This document shows positions 28,786 through 43,061 of a DNA stretch of 64,000 nt, piece by piece. Made by a program: the position numbers and the translations under genes. Every line of letters starts with the position of its first letter. The first letter of the stretch is position 1. This DNA is from Octopus sinensis (Eukaryota): NCBI RefSeq assembly GCF_006345805.1, contig NW_021836163.1, positions 4,229-68,228 on the forward strand, read 5' to 3'. The notes under the pieces are model-generated. The model saw only the letters and a program-made list of their open reading frames with translations. It made no database searches and was not told the DNA's origin.

Positions 28786-28995
28786 TTAATCATGCATACA
28801 TACGTAGTACATACATGCATCCATACAGCCATACATACTTGCATGCATACATACACACACACACACATATATAGATAGATACATATATATATGTGCACAT
28901 ATATATATATATAATATATATATATATACATATATGTTTTTATTTCATTTCATGTCATTTAGCTTATATATATATATGTGTTTACATTCTTTCTG

Positions 28996-29258
28996 TTTAC
29001 ATTTCTGCCCTGTTTAACATTGTCCAGAAAGAGATTAAGGAGGAAAATGATCCCATCAACTTTAAACGGAGTCTGGACAGATTTCTTCAAGGAATACCTG
29101 ATAAGCCACCCATACCTGGATACAACTTACTCAACAAAAACTCACTACTTGAATGGACCATAAACAAAACTTGACTTAAAAAGGATTTAGATAATCCTAT
29201 GAGGTGGTGCTATTAAGTTAGACATGGCCTGGACCAATCTTTGGTCGAAACATAGCTA
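28996..29258 (+). mobile_element. CR1-like LINE 3' end
   Basis: LFNIV..FKRSLDRFLQGIPDKP..NSLLEW followed by a terminal hairpin GACCAATCTTTGGTC-GAAAC. Confidence 0.65.
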
Positions 29259-29260
29259 AG

Positions 29261-30434
29261 TATTGAATGACTTTTGTCAATATTATGATTTTTGTCTTTT
29301 GACATTTGATAGCCGTTACTCTTAGCTTACTTTAGTAGTAAATTGCGCGTAATTTTGTTTAGTGGCAATTTTAACATGGATTGCAAAAACGAACACTTTC
29401 GCCATATTTTGCTTTTTTTATTTCCGTAAAGGCAAGAAAGCTACCGAGGTTCGCAAAGGGATATGTGAAGACTATGGTGTTGATTGCTTAACACAATGCA
29501 TATGTCAGAAATGGTTTTAAAATTCCGTTCTAGAGATTTTTCGCATAAAGATGACCAATGTTCTGGTCGATCTAGTGAAGTTGATGATGACCGAATCAAA
29601 GCCATAATTGAATCTGATTGTCATATAACTGTGCGAGAGATTGCAGAGAGGTTGGTTAAATGTATCACACAACAACAACTGAAAAATCAGTTAAAATGTC
29701 TTGGACTCGTTAAGAAGCTCGATTTTTGGGTTCCACAAACTGAAAAAGATTCACTTAACACAATGAATTAATATTTGCAATATGCACCTTAAACGCAATG
29801 AAATCGACCTCTTTTTGAAAAGAATCATCAGTGGTGATGAAATATGGATTGTCTACAATGATATCAATCGAAAACGATCATACTCCAAGCAAAATGAATC
29901 GGCACAAATCACATCGAAAGCTGAATTGCATAAAAAAGTGTGATTACAAAGGTATTGTGTATTTTGAGCTGATTCCAAGGAACATAACGATCAATTCAGT
30001 TGTTTACTGTCAACAACTAATGAAACTGGAGGAAACAATCAAAGAAAAACGCCCAGAATTGGCAAATCGTACAGGAATCGTGTTTCACCATGACAATGCT
30101 AGACCCACACATCTTTGCTAACTCGTGAATAATTCTTGGGCATGGTTCGGAAGTGATGCCATATCCACCATATAGCCTTGACCTTGCACCATCAGATTAC
30201 CATTTATTTCAAAGTTTGTAAAATTCTTTGAAATGGTAAAACTTTCAATAATGATGATGACCTGAAATCGGACTTGCTTCAGTTTTGGGCTGATGCGGAC
30301 CAGAAGTTCTAAGAGCCTGGAATCATGAAGTTGCCAGAAAGATGGCAAAAGGTCGTCGAACAAAATGGAAAATTATATAATTGATTGAAGTTCATTCTTT
30401 TTATGAAACAAAAAAACTTTTTTTGTCAACCCAA
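29261..30434 (+). mobile_element. Decayed mariner (DD34D) transposon lacking its left TIR
   Basis: Frameshifted remnants FLKRIISGDEIWIVYN, KGIVYFEL, FHHDNARP and HPPYSLDLAPSDYHLF. Right end TTGTCAACCCAA|TA. Confidence 0.85.
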
Positions 30435-30635
30435 TATATTACACACACACATATATATATACATACACACATATATGTGTATATGAATCTATGTACGTAT
30501 GTGTGTGTATACATATATATATATATACGTACTTATATCTATATGTGTATATATGTATATATATATGCACACACATAAAATCGTGCAAGTGTGTACGTGT
30601 ATATGCATGGATAGATAAATGCATATATGTATATA

Positions 30636-30688
<53 letters not shown>

Positions 30689-30883
30689 TACATACATATA
30701 TGTATATATGTGTATATGTATAATCCAGAATCCACGAGAATCCAAGGTAAATATTAATTTATTTACAATAAAAGTCAAGTTAGTGTATTAAAAATTGTTA
30801 AAACAAGAAAATATCACTATTTCAGGCATTGGCTCTTTATCAAGATTGAGGCTAGAGAAATGACAAAAGGGAGAAAAGAATTT

Positions 30884-31101
30884 CCCACTACTTCTGCACG
30901 TGATCAGAGATGCACATATCGTCAGCCACCAAGGGACATGCTCAGCTGGTTACGGTCCAACAACTGACAAGCAAATCTGTGGTATTGAGCAGAATGTTTG
31001 CTGTAGCCCATCTTTTATACCAAGACAAAACAATGTACATGATAACACTTCCAATCAGTTAAGATCAGAAGCCATGAGAGCCACTGTCTGGTACTGCATC
31101 A
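30884..31101 (-). mobile_element. (AAT)n-targeted element, 5' portion only
   Basis: Matches the first ~215 nt of 46011-46564; (ATT)n on its 5' side. Confidence 0.85.
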
Positions 31102-31157
31102 TTATATTCATTATTATTATCATCATCATCATCATCATCATCATTATTATTATTATA

Positions 31158-31202
<45 letters not shown>

Positions 31203-31753
31203 GAGTGAGAGAGCAGTTCATGCCATCAAAGTGACACTGGGGTAAAATATACGAAGCCCAATATACCCATCATGACTACCCGTCTGATAAAGGTACACCA
31301 GGCACATGCATCACAACCATATGTGCGCGACATGGTGATCTCATATCAAGATAAACAGCACATGACCTTGCAGGTGGGGCCCAGTTAGAATTTTCTTCAG
31401 GTTGAGTAGCCCATCCCGCTCAAAAGGTCCCTGAATAAGGGTTGTTAAGGATGTTGAAAGAACAACCATGTTTCCAGAGGTGAACTATTCAAACCCCAAA
31501 GAATCCCTCTCAACACATGGCTATGATGCTCCCCCACTACTTCTGCTCGTGATCAGAGATGCACATATCGTCAGCCACTAAGGGACATGCTCAACTGGTT
31601 AAGGTCAAACAACTGACAAGCAAATCTGTGGTATTGAGCAGAATATTTGCTGTAGCCCATCTTTTTATACAAGACAGAACAATGTACATGATAACACTTC
31701 CAATCAGTTAAGATCAGAAGCCATGAGAGCCACTGCCTGGTACTGCATCAGGG

Positions 31754-31754
<1 letters not shown>
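31203..31754 (-). mobile_element. (AAT)n-targeted element, full length
   Basis: Reverse complement of 46011-46564, with (ATT)n on both sides. Confidence 0.9.
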
Positions 31755-31804
<50 letters not shown>

Positions 31805-31811
31805 TATATTA

Positions 31812-31889
<78 letters not shown>

Positions 31890-31950
31890 TATTATTATAT
31901 TATTATTATTTTTATTACTATTATTATATTATTATTATTATTATTATTAC

Positions 31951-31986
<36 letters not shown>

Positions 31987-32067
31987 TATTATTTTTATTA
32001 CTATTATTATTATTATATTATTATTATTATTATTACTATTATTATTATATTATTATTATTACTATTA

Positions 32068-32127
<60 letters not shown>

Positions 32128-32134
32128 CATTATT

Positions 32135-32330
32135 AAGGTGGTGAGCTGGCAGAATCGTTAGCGGTATTTCGTCTGCCGCTACGTTCTGAGTTCAAATTCC
32201 GCCGAGGTCGACTTTGACTTTCATCCTTGCGGGGTCGATAAATACAGTACCAATCAAACACTGGTCGATATAATTGACTCATCCCCCTCCCCACAAATTT
32301 CAGGCCTTGTGCCTAGAGTAGAAACGGTTA
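32135..32330 (+). mobile_element. tRNA-derived SINE
   Basis: AAGGTGGTGAGCTGGCAGAATCG...GAGTTCAAATTCC. Confidence 0.8.
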
Positions 32331-32712
32331 TTTGTTTGTTTGTTTGTTAAATAGGTTTGGAGACACAAATTGAAAAGTGTTGTATACGAAGATCAGAGGA
32401 AAAATTGAAGTGTTTTTAGCTTCAACTTTACACAGAAACCACCCCGCCCCCGCTCGCGCGCGCTCACGCCTGCACGCTCATGCACACGCACTCACACGCA
32501 TACACGTACATGCATACACACAAATGTAAACGCACTTACAAACACACACACTCACACGCGTTCATGCACTTACAGACACACACGCGAACACACAGACACA
32601 CACGAACACGCACTTGCAAGCACACACACACACTCATACACACATACACACACGGACACGCACTCACAGACACATACACATACTATAACAAATGGACGTT
32701 TAGTGTTGTCAT

Positions 32713-33015
32713 ATGTGTATGTATGTATGTATGCATGTATGTATGTATGTATGTATGTATGTATGTTTGTATGTATGTATGTATGTATGTATGTGTGTGT
32801 ATGTATGTATGTATGTATGTTTGTATGTATGTATGTATGTATGTATGTATGTATGCATGTTTGTACGTATGTATGTTTGTATGTATGCATGTATGTATGT
32901 ATGTATGTATGTATGTATGTATGTATGAATGTATGTATGTTATGTATGTATGTATGCATATATGTATGTACGTATGTTATGTATGCATGTATGTGTGTAT
33001 GTATGCATGTATGTA

Positions 33016-33046
<31 letters not shown>

Positions 33047-33119
33047 TTATGTATGTATGTATTTATGTATGTGTGTGTGTGTATGTATGTATGCATGTAT
33101 GTATGTATGCGTGTATGTA

Positions 33120-33154
<35 letters not shown>

Positions 33155-33217
33155 ATGTATGTATGTATGTGTGTGTATGTATGTATGCATGTATGTATGT
33201 ATGTATGCATGTATGTA

Positions 33218-33248
<31 letters not shown>

Positions 33249-33422
33249 GTATGTATGTATGCATATATGTATGTACGTATGTTATGTATGCATGTATGTG
33301 TGTATGTATGCATGTATGTATGTGTGTGTGTGTGTGTATGTATGTATTTATTATGTATGTATTTATTATGTATGTGTGTGTGTGTATGTATGTATGCATG
33401 TATGTATGTATGCGTGTATGTA

Positions 33423-33457
<35 letters not shown>

Positions 33458-33516
33458 ATGTATGTATGTGTGTGTATGTATGTATGCATGTATGTATGTA
33501 TGTATGCATGTATGTA

Positions 33517-33547
<31 letters not shown>

Positions 33548-33635
33548 GTATGTATGTATGCATATATGTATGTACGTATGTTATGTATGCATGTATGTGT
33601 GTATGTATGCATGTATGTATGTATGCATGTATGTA

Positions 33636-33666
<31 letters not shown>

Positions 33667-34096
33667 TTATGTATGTATGTATTTATGTATGTGTGTGTGT
33701 GTATGTATGTATGCATGTATGTATGTATGTATGTATGTATGCATATATGTATGTACGTATGTTATGTATGCATGTATGTGTGTGTGTGTGTGTCTACTGA
33801 ATATGTGTGGGTGTGTGGGTGAGTCAGCTTCATTGAATCTTTTCCGCAGCCTTTACAAAACCCCCCTCCTCCCTCTCCTCAGTCACGTGGTGTCCTCTCG
33901 AAACATCGACGTCGCGAATGTCGTTGCCACAGCTGTTGTTGTTGCTGCAAGTACTGCTGCTCTTGTTGCACCTTCTACTACTACTACTACCACCACTACT
34001 ACTACTACTACTACCACCACTACTACTACCACCACCACCACTAACTACTACTACTACTACTACTGATACTACCACTACGACCACTACTACTACTAT

Positions 34097-34131
<35 letters not shown>

Positions 34132-34151
34132 TACACTACTACTACTACTAT

Positions 34152-34193
<42 letters not shown>

Positions 34194-34219
34194 CACCACT
34201 ACTACTGCTACTACTACTG

Positions 34220-34271
<52 letters not shown>

Positions 34272-34303
34272 CACCACTACTACTACTACTACAACCACTA
34301 CCA

Positions 34304-34342
<39 letters not shown>

Positions 34343-34430
34343 TTACTACTACTACTACTACTACTACTATACTACCACCACTACTACTACTACTACTACC
34401 ACTACCACTACCACTACTACTACTACTACT

Positions 34431-34480
<50 letters not shown>

Positions 34481-34482
34481 CA

Positions 34483-34531
<49 letters not shown>

Positions 34532-34533
34532 CA

Positions 34534-34591
<58 letters not shown>

Positions 34592-35005
34592 CGCTACTAA
34601 TGCGAATGCTACTGCTAGTGCTGCTGCTGCTTTTTGTTGCATGCTGCTACTACTGTTGCTGTTGCAGCAACTGCTCTCCTCTACTCGAATCATCTGCACC
34701 ACAACAATATGGAATACACAAGACACTGTGTGTGTGTGTTATACGTGTGAAAGGGGCACAGAAAGACATTCAATTTCTATCTGTCTATCTCTTTATCTGT
34801 CGGTATTTCTCTTTCTCTCTCTCTTTATCTACCTACCTACCTATCTATCTATCTATCTATCTATGATCTATCTATCTATCTACCTATTATCTATCTATCT
34901 ATCTATCTATATCTATCTATTATCTACCTACCTATCTATCTATCTATCTATCTATCATCTATCTATCTATCTATCTATTATTATCTATCTATCTATATCT
35001 ATCTA

Positions 35006-35066
<61 letters not shown>

Positions 35067-35087
35067 CTCTATCATCTATCTATTCTA

Positions 35088-35126
<39 letters not shown>

Positions 35127-35241
35127 ATCTATTCTATCTATCTATCTATATCTATCTACTATCTATCTATATATCTATCTATCTATCTATCTATCTATCT
35201 GTCTATCTATCTATCTATCTATATCTATCTATCTATATCTA

Positions 35242-35311
<70 letters not shown>

Positions 35312-35327
35312 CTATCTACTGTCTCTA

Positions 35328-35366
<39 letters not shown>

Positions 35367-35500
35367 AATATCTTTTGTTTTTCTTTTGTTTTTTGTTCTC
35401 TTCATCCCCCAAAAGAAAAGCTCTACCTTGTAACTTGTTCCATCTGTGTGCAGCCCTGTGTGGCCAATAAAGAAACTTATCTATCTACCTATCTATCTAC

Positions 35501-35591
<91 letters not shown>

Positions 35592-35774
35592 CCTACCTAC
35601 CTACCTATTTATCTATCTATCTATCTGCCTGCCTGCCTACCTCCCTTTCTGTCTGTCTCTACACACACACATATATATATATATACATATGTTATGTATG
35701 TAGATATGTATGTAAATATCTGTAAATATATGTATATGTGAGCATATATATATACATGCATATATGTATGTATG

Positions 35775-35819
<45 letters not shown>

Positions 35820-35843
35820 TATATATATGTGTGTGTGTATATA

Positions 35844-35887
<44 letters not shown>

Positions 35888-35955
35888 GTATATATATATA
35901 ATATATATAGATATATATATACATACATACATACATACATATATATATATATAAT

Positions 35956-36008
<53 letters not shown>
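32713..36008. repeat. Block of (TATG)n, (ACT)n, (CTAT)n and (TA)n microsatellites
   Basis: Direct inspection; source of the spurious 528-aa and 607-aa ORFs. Confidence 0.95.
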
Positions 36009-36010
<2 letters not shown>

Positions 36011-36197
36011 GAATATGAGGGGTTTAGTTCACTGGTGATCTAAACGAATAGGTACGCTGCGTAAGTGCTATAATTGGTCATCCGTTAGGTTCCAGGTTCA
36101 CAGCAGAGGCTGGGGCTAGGGATCCGCAGTAGGTTTCCGTGTCAGAAGGTATACATTAGAGGAATTCTCTGTCTGGAACTTTCCTATTTACACACTT

Positions 36198-36275
36198 TGT
36201 CTCTGATGACGGAATACCCAGTGTAATGGGATGCTGACCCATCACCTGGGATATCCCAGAAACAACTGTAAGACA
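36198..36275 (+). ncRNA. Type I hammerhead ribozyme in a pLTR-like element (about 36009-36290)
   Basis: TGTCT-CTGATGA-[long stem II, CCCAG/CTGGG and TGGG/CCCA]-GAAAC-AACT-GTA-AGACA. Canonical core with GUA cleavage triplet. Confidence 0.8.
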
Positions 36276-36381
36276 TTAATTACTTCTACTTCTCGCCCAG
36301 GACAACATTTGACGTCCCGAACAAATGAAAACATAATGGAAGTTCATGAACTGATCTTGGAGGGACGTTGCCGAACAATTG

Positions 36382-36446
<65 letters not shown>

Positions 36447-36448
<2 letters not shown>

Positions 36449-38382
36449 ATCCCTAAATGCTGGTGATGTAAAAATTTCGTGTGGCATTTTCCAGGGTGAC
36501 TCACTGTCACCACTCCTCTTTTGTTTATCCTTAATACCTCTCTCAAAGCTGCTCAATGACGCGCAGTACGGGTATAAAATGTTTGATAAAAATATAAATC
36601 ATCTCATTTACATGGATGATTTAAAGCTTTTTACAAAAAATGACCAACAACTCAAGGGCTTACTAGCGATAGTCAAACAATTCAGTGACGACATCAGAAT
36701 GCAATTCGGCCTCGATAAATGTTCAAAGGCTACCTTTATCAAAGGAAAAATGACAGAAACATCTAACGTTAACCTTGACCAGCAGAATGTCATAAAAGAA
36801 CTAGACCCAGCGGAGAGCTACAAGTACCTAGGGGTAATTGAAGGGAACGGAATAAGGCATTCAGAGATGAAGGAAAGGATCAGGAGAGAATGCTATCGAA
36901 GAGTGAGAGCAATACTCAAGACAGAGCTGAATGCAAGAAACAGGATCGAAGCGATCAATGCATTAGCCATACCAGTCGTGACTTACAGTTTCAATATTGT
37001 TAACTGGTCAATTACTGAAATATGTCAGCTCGACAGAAAAATAAGGAAACTGTTGACAATGCATAGAATGCACCACCCTAAGGCAGATACAGAACGACTC
37101 TATCTGCCAAGAAAAGAGGGAGGCCGTGGTCTTTGCAACTGGCAATAACAATGAAGATTGCTACAATTGGCCTAGACACCTACCTAAAAACTCTGAGGAC
37201 TGGATGTTAAAACTTGTCTCAAAACATGAAAACAAGAAGCATCATACTCAGTCACAAAACAGGCAAAGGAATATCTAAGTGAATTCCGAATACAACCAAT
37301 TTCGGAATTAGAGATAGACATACAAGAAACAAACACAGAAAAAGCTAGGCGCATGAAAACCCGTGCCAAAACTGCGGCCTTAGATATTCTGAATAATAAA
37401 TGGCAAGAAAAACCTCTCTATGGCAATACCCAAAGAGAGCGAATAATGCAGATATCGACAAAGCCCTGACCCATCAATGGCTAATGGCCTCTGGCTTAAA
37501 ATCTGAAACAGAGGGGTTTATCATAGCAGCTCAAGATCAATGCCTCCCAACAAGAAACTACCAGGCCAACATATTAAAGAACGGCAGTAGCCCAACATGT
37601 CGTGTATGCCGACAACAAAATGAAACCATTGACCATGTTGTCTCCAAATGCAGTCTTCTAGCGCCTACAGAGTACCTCAGTAGGCATGATAGAGCAGCAC
37701 AATATATTCACTGGGTAATTTGCAAAAACCTGGATTTGCCCCATGAAAAAAACTGGTGGAAACACAATCCACCTCCTGTGCTTGAAAATGACCACATCTC
37801 ACTCCTCTGGAACTTCACCATTCAAACTGACAGGAAGATAGATGCAAATAGGCCAGACATCATATTGAAAGACTTCAGACAAAGAACATGCCTCCTCATT
37901 GATATGACTGTCCCAATCGATATAAACGTATCTGTCAAGACCTACCAAAAACTGAGCAAATATAAAGATCTTGAAATAGAAATCAGCAAAATGTGGAAGC
38001 TGAATACTAAAACAATACCTGTTGTCATAGGTGCCCTGGGAATGATAGCGAAAGGGACTGATTGCTACCTAACTCAGATACCAGGAAACCCCAAAATGGC
38101 AGAAATTCAAAAGATAGTGCTCATGGGAACTGCTCATATCCTACGCAAAATACTCTCTATGTAATCCCAAGGTTTAAAACAAACTTTTTTTTATTTTTAT
38201 TTATTATTTTTTTTTGTTATTTTTTTATTTTTATGTATTAGACATTCACTAGTACAACACCAAAAAAAAAACAACAAAAAAACCCAAATATATGGCACAG
38301 AACTTCTAACCTGTTGTCTCTTGAGGTCTCTGGGTGAGACTTGGAGCCAACTTGTACAGACATAAAGCAAAAGTCAAACATA

Positions 38383-38383
<1 letters not shown>
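36447..38383 (+). mobile_element. R4/Dong-clade retrotransposon (family B), 5'-truncated
   Basis: GIFQGDSLSPLLF, HLIYMDDLKL, CRVC..ETIDHVVSKC, RHD, RPDII..LIDM and KLSKY; (AAT)n on both sides. Confidence 0.93.
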
Positions 38384-38449
<66 letters not shown>

Positions 38450-38451
<2 letters not shown>

Positions 38452-38950
38452 AATTATTGTATACAGTTCTCAGGTGCACCACAACTTGTCAAAAGTGCAT
38501 ATAAAGCATATACAGTAATGTAAAAATGTCTGGGAAGTGAACAGTGTATGAGTCAGATACATGCTTGCGTGTGTATGGAGGGAAGAAAATCAGGTGTAGT
38601 GTTGGCGAATCTCAGGAAGCATGGAAGTTTTGAAGGATGCAGTGCTCTGACAACTAACAAGTGATGCCGGCAGTTTGTTCCATGCTTCAGCAACTCTCAG
38701 CGTGAAAAAATGTTTCCGAAAGTCATGGAAGGAGCTGTGCTGTTTTCTGACTTTGTAAACATGTCCATGGGTGTTAGACGGGTGGGGTTTGAAAAGGTAC
38801 TCAGAGTTATTGTAAGTAAGATGGTTGATAATTTTATAGGTGTCTGCCAAGTCAGCTGCCAGACGTCGGAGTTTCAATGTATCCATGCCCAGGAAGTAAG
38901 GCATTCAGAATATGGCAAATGCCTGATGGAGGGTAATTCTCTTGGTTGCA
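38450..38950 (-). mobile_element. CR1-like LINE 3' fragment with (ATT)n tail
   Basis: ATKRI..LKLRRLAADLADTYKII..THGHVYKV..RKHFFTLRVAEAWNKLP..FK. On the minus strand the 3' end runs into (ATT)n. Confidence 0.85.
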
Positions 38951-39784
38951 CTTGTTGATATAATTAGCGTGTCCTGGGGCTCCTGCCAACGAGTTTGGAC
39001 AAGGAATCGAGTATTAAAAAGAGTTGCAGCAACATTTGTGCCTTGCTTGCTCACGAAAGATGAAAAGCAGTCACGACTGAATGCGTGACATGAACTGAAA
39101 GAACGGATGGAAGTTGATCTGGATCATTTTTCGAAGGTCACCACTGCTGATGAAAGCTGGTGCTACGGCTCTGACCCTGGAACGAAGCAGCATTCAACTC
39201 AACACGCACCCCCGCCATAAAGTGCGTCAAGTGAAGTCCAATGCCAAGGCGATGCTGATTTGTCTCATCGGAGCGAAAGGAATTGTCCGCACAGAATTTG
39301 TTCCTTCTGGTCAAACTGTTAACCAGACAGTTTACTCGGAAGTTCTGAAGCGTTTGTGAGATGCGGTGAAACGAGAAAGTGGAGAGTTGTGGTTTCATCA
39401 TGACAATGTGCTCGTGCCTACCACTTTGAGCGGGAGACAGTTTTGACCCATAACGGCGTGAACCCCGCCTACCCACTTTCCCATTTTACCTAATCTTGCT
39501 CTCTGCGGCATTTAGTTTTGTTCCCCCAAATGAAAAAAAAAAATTCCTTAAAAGAAAACGTTTTGCAGATGTGAAAGAGGTGAAGAAAAAACGATGGAGG
39601 CGTTAAAAGGCATCACTTCGCAAGAGTTCCAGGACTGCTTCGAACATTGGAAAACGCGCCTGGACCGATTCATTACTTCAAATGGAGAATACTTTGAAGG
39701 CGATAGAAGTGTAGACATGTAAAACTAAATAAATAAAAGGATATTGCAAAATTCCGGTTTCTTTTGTGTACCCCTCGTATATAT

Positions 39785-39840
<56 letters not shown>

Positions 39841-39991
39841 GGTTTAAGCAATTGAGATTCAAGTGAGTTCTATTGAATTCACATGAATATGGTACTTAAC
39901 TTGGATGCACCGGAAATCTATATGGTGTTAACCATACGACAAAGTGGGGTGATTACAAATAGGAAAAAAGCAACAAGAATGGATCAATATA

Positions 39992-40076
39992 TCGGTATAA
40001 TTGTTTCGTACGAGGACATCTTTAATAAAGCTACAAAAATTGCAGTAAATATAGGTGGCTCGTACTCATCAGCCGA
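39992..40076 (-). ncRNA. Type I hammerhead ribozyme in a (TA)n-flanked element (about 39838-40100)
   Basis: Minus strand: TCGG-CTGATGA-GTACGAG...CTCGTAC-GAAAC-AATT-ATA-CCGA. Stem II is a perfect 7 bp; stem III ACAATTAT is one change from a palindrome. Confidence 0.75.
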
Positions 40077-40682
40077 AAAAACATCCGAGATTCCCAAACA
40101 ATATATATATATATATATATACTCGTTACACTGCTTATTTCGTTTTTTTCCCCACCCCTCCTTCGTTCCTTTTTTCTCTCTCTCCCTTTCTTTCGTTCCC
40201 CCTCCTTGCCCAGTATATGAGAATTGCTACATAGATGAATTTTAGCTTGCGTGCGAGACGGTTTGCGTGAATATATGTACACATGCTTTTATGTGTATAT
40301 TTAAATTTATATTCATACGTCTGTATATGTATGTATGGCGTTTACGCGCATCCTTTTGTGTATGTTGATATATATATGTAGATTTTAATATAAATATGTA
40401 TTGCAGTATTTATAACAGGTTTAATTTCTATGCATTAATTTGCACTGTCTTCATTAACGTCAATGGTTTTTTCCTCGGATTTTATAATTTTTATAAGTTT
40501 TTTATATATAATTTTTATAAGTTTTTATATATATATACATATATCTTTGGCCTTTTTGTTTATCGCTCGAAGATTGACCGTTTTTTCTAAAGGGCCAATC
40601 AAACAAGTCCATTTCTTTTTAAAGGTGTAGCGTTTGTAAGAGTATAGATTGAATTAATATATAAGTTCCATTCTAGCAAAAA

Positions 40683-40720
40683 CTGTCTGATGAACGGCAA
40701 CGAGAAACTCAGAGTAACAG
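40683..40720 (+). ncRNA. Minimal type I hammerhead ribozyme
   Basis: CTGT-CTGATGA-A CG GCAA CG A-GAAAC-TCAGA-GTA-ACAG. Followed by an AATAAA-containing tail ending in (TA)n at 40825. Confidence 0.78.
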
Positions 40721-40824
40721 ATTTTGTTGAATTTTCTGCTGCTTAAAATAAAGCATATTACTCTACCACTGGTATTTGAGTACTCTTTTTTCCACCTTGT
40801 TTCACATTTATGTGTTTACTCCGG

Positions 40825-40879
<55 letters not shown>

Positions 40880-40941
40880 AAGATAGGAAAATGGCTTATT
40901 TATTCTCCATTAGACTTGTTTCATTTTCTAATATTATAAAA

Positions 40942-41044
40942 TTTTCTGTTTGACGATTTCTCTGATAGGAAATTCCTTATGTGTCTATCTAACAAGTAAA
41001 TCTCTGTGATTCCTATTAGAAAATGAAACACGTGTAATGGAGAA
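40942..41044 (+). ncRNA. Degenerate type I hammerhead (C3>U)
   Basis: TTTTCTGT-TTGACGA-[~13-bp stem II]-GAAAC-ACGT-GTA-ATGGAGAA, with palindromic stem III ACACGTGT. An inverted partial copy lies at 40895-40932. Confidence 0.6.
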
Positions 41045-41377
41045 TAAATAATGCCCAAAAGTTTCCACTGTCCCATTTTATTTATTCAATAACTTAGCAA
41101 ATAATATTTCCATAATTCTCAAATTTAAAGTATATTTTCATTTCATTTACATACAGAAATAATGGATACATATTGGATTTTAATAATGGAATACACAGAT
41201 GTGCTTCAACAGGTAACAGCTGGGATTTATCCTAAACACTATATATATATATATAGGTAAGAGATAAGTGTTCTCTATATAGAAATCACTTCGAAATGCT
41301 CAAGAGACTTGAACTTGAGCCGGTAGATGAGTAAATGTAATGACAAACAAGTTAGGCTAGTCGATTTACACAAAATA

Positions 41378-41810
41378 TTAAATACATTTAATGGAAAAAA
41401 TATACATGTGTAAGTTGGGTTCGTGGTCCTTCAGGGTGGAATAGGGGTTTTTAGGTGTATATGGTTCAATTCTATTTAGTACATTTAGATCAGCAATGAG
41501 CTTACAATAGCTGTTATTAATCTCCTTAAGAACATTTCCATGTGCATGCTCATAATTTGTGTTTAGTTCCTTTGATATGAGATTAGTAAATGTTTCCAAG
41601 GGAACAGAGTAAAGATTGCCAGTTTTGTCAGAGAAGACATGCAGGTGTGGCGAAGTTCTTATTTTAAATGTAACACTGGATAGTTCTTTCTGGAAGGAAT
41701 TAGTATAATTAGAGAATTTCATGTTTTTTAACATACGTAGAAGATCTTTCTCAAAATTAGCCAATGCAAGGTTTGCGGGTGGGTTTTTTTGGGACTTCAG
41801 GTGTTAAGTG
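41378..41810 (-). pseudogene. Penelope-like element RT N-terminal fragment
   Basis: KSQKNPP..LANFEKDLL..VFSDKTGNLY..Y..LNRIE...STLKDHEPN, matching the DK motif region that precedes the PLE RT core. Clade not assignable by eye. Confidence 0.7.
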
Positions 41811-42010
41811 TCCTTTTTATTAGAATGTTCGAGGTGATTAGATTCCAGGTCACAATGGTGATTAGATTCCAGGTCTGAGTGATGAAATCATTAGTCTTCT
41901 GTAGTAGGAGTTCCATGTATATATCCCTTGGTGGGATCGGGATATTTTTTATAGACATGCCCAAGAATGACTTATCTATGAGTATTATCTATAGGTAGCG
42001 CTCGACCGAG

Positions 42011-42049
<39 letters not shown>

Positions 42050-42050
<1 letters not shown>

Positions 42051-42839
42051 TAGCTTAAGGGGAACGCTCTACGCGCGGGTGAGGGTGTGGTTGTTACTTT
42101 CTGTTGCTTCCTTTCTGTTTCCTATCACCGCATTCTCCCTCTTAGTTTCTCTCTCCTTTGTCTCGGACTCTCCCTTTTACTCTCTATCTTTCTCTATCTA
42201 TCTCTCTCCCATTTATAAAAAAACAAAAGACCTTGAGTAAGTTGAGAAAGAAAATATTTTGAAAGATCAATCATAAATATCAGGCAGTGACAACGGAAAG
42301 CACACTTGTCTTTTGTACGTGCCATTATTTGAGAGATTAAAAATAAGGAAAAAAAGGATTTCTTTGTTAAATTTAGTAGTTATTTTGGGAATTTTTCGAC
42401 GATTGACCTTGCAAATGAAAGTTCTAAACACGGGCTACATGTAGCTGTAAATTTCTTTCAGAAAAATAAACTGTAAACAATAAAAAATAAAAGGCAAAAA
42501 TACGTAAAAATGAGAAATTTTTTCAACTTCAAAAATCTTGCCTTAATTTTCAAAATTTCGAACCCATTATTCGCGCTTAAATTACAATTCCGCTTCCACT
42601 TTACCATGTTGAAAATTCGATTCAAATCGGACAAAAGGTGTCCAATCTAGACCCCCAAGTGTCCCCAGAAAACAATAAAATCCCTGTTTTCACAGCAAAG
42701 CAGCCACCTTAGCGCCCCAAAACGTCTCCCAATCAATTTCTCACCTCACGTTACCCCTTCTATGCTTGTGTCAATTTTCAGCTCGACCCGACCACTGGTC
42801 TGGCCACCAACCTCTGACGTAGCAAAATGTGCACACAAT

Positions 42840-42845
<6 letters not shown>
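42050..42845 (-). mobile_element. Probable Helitron-like non-autonomous element
   Basis: A|CTAG end with a GC-rich subterminal hairpin remnant. The opposite end (TGTCAATTTTCAGCTCGACCCG) resembles that of 15585-15967. Confidence 0.45.
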
Positions 42846-42901
<56 letters not shown>

Positions 42902-43061
42902 AATGTTTATCGCCACCTGAACATGGGTGTTCTCTAAGAACAGACGATACTCCTATTTTAACCTGAGGAGGACACCTCTTCCAGCTGGTCACTCAGTACA
43001 CTCCGCACTCGACATATATTGCAAGCGGAGAGAGAACTCCTTACAGTTCCAGCTATCGAGA

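Larger units (their letters stand above)
36291..39777 (+). mobile_element. Mariner transposon relic split into 36291-36383 and 38951-39777
   Basis: RPGQHLTSRTNENIMEVHELILEGRCRTID resumes as LVDIISVSWGSCQR...TTADESWCY...KAMLICL..GIVRTEFVP..FHHDN..GEYFEGD. Right end GTACCCCTCG|TA. Confidence 0.85.

Noticed and set aside
32480-35741. Long ORFs of 528, 365 and 607 aa, and similar ones at 12141, 21227 and 62442
   Set aside because: Translations of stop-free microsatellites (MYVC, YLSI, poly-T/Y, KERK); no coding signal.
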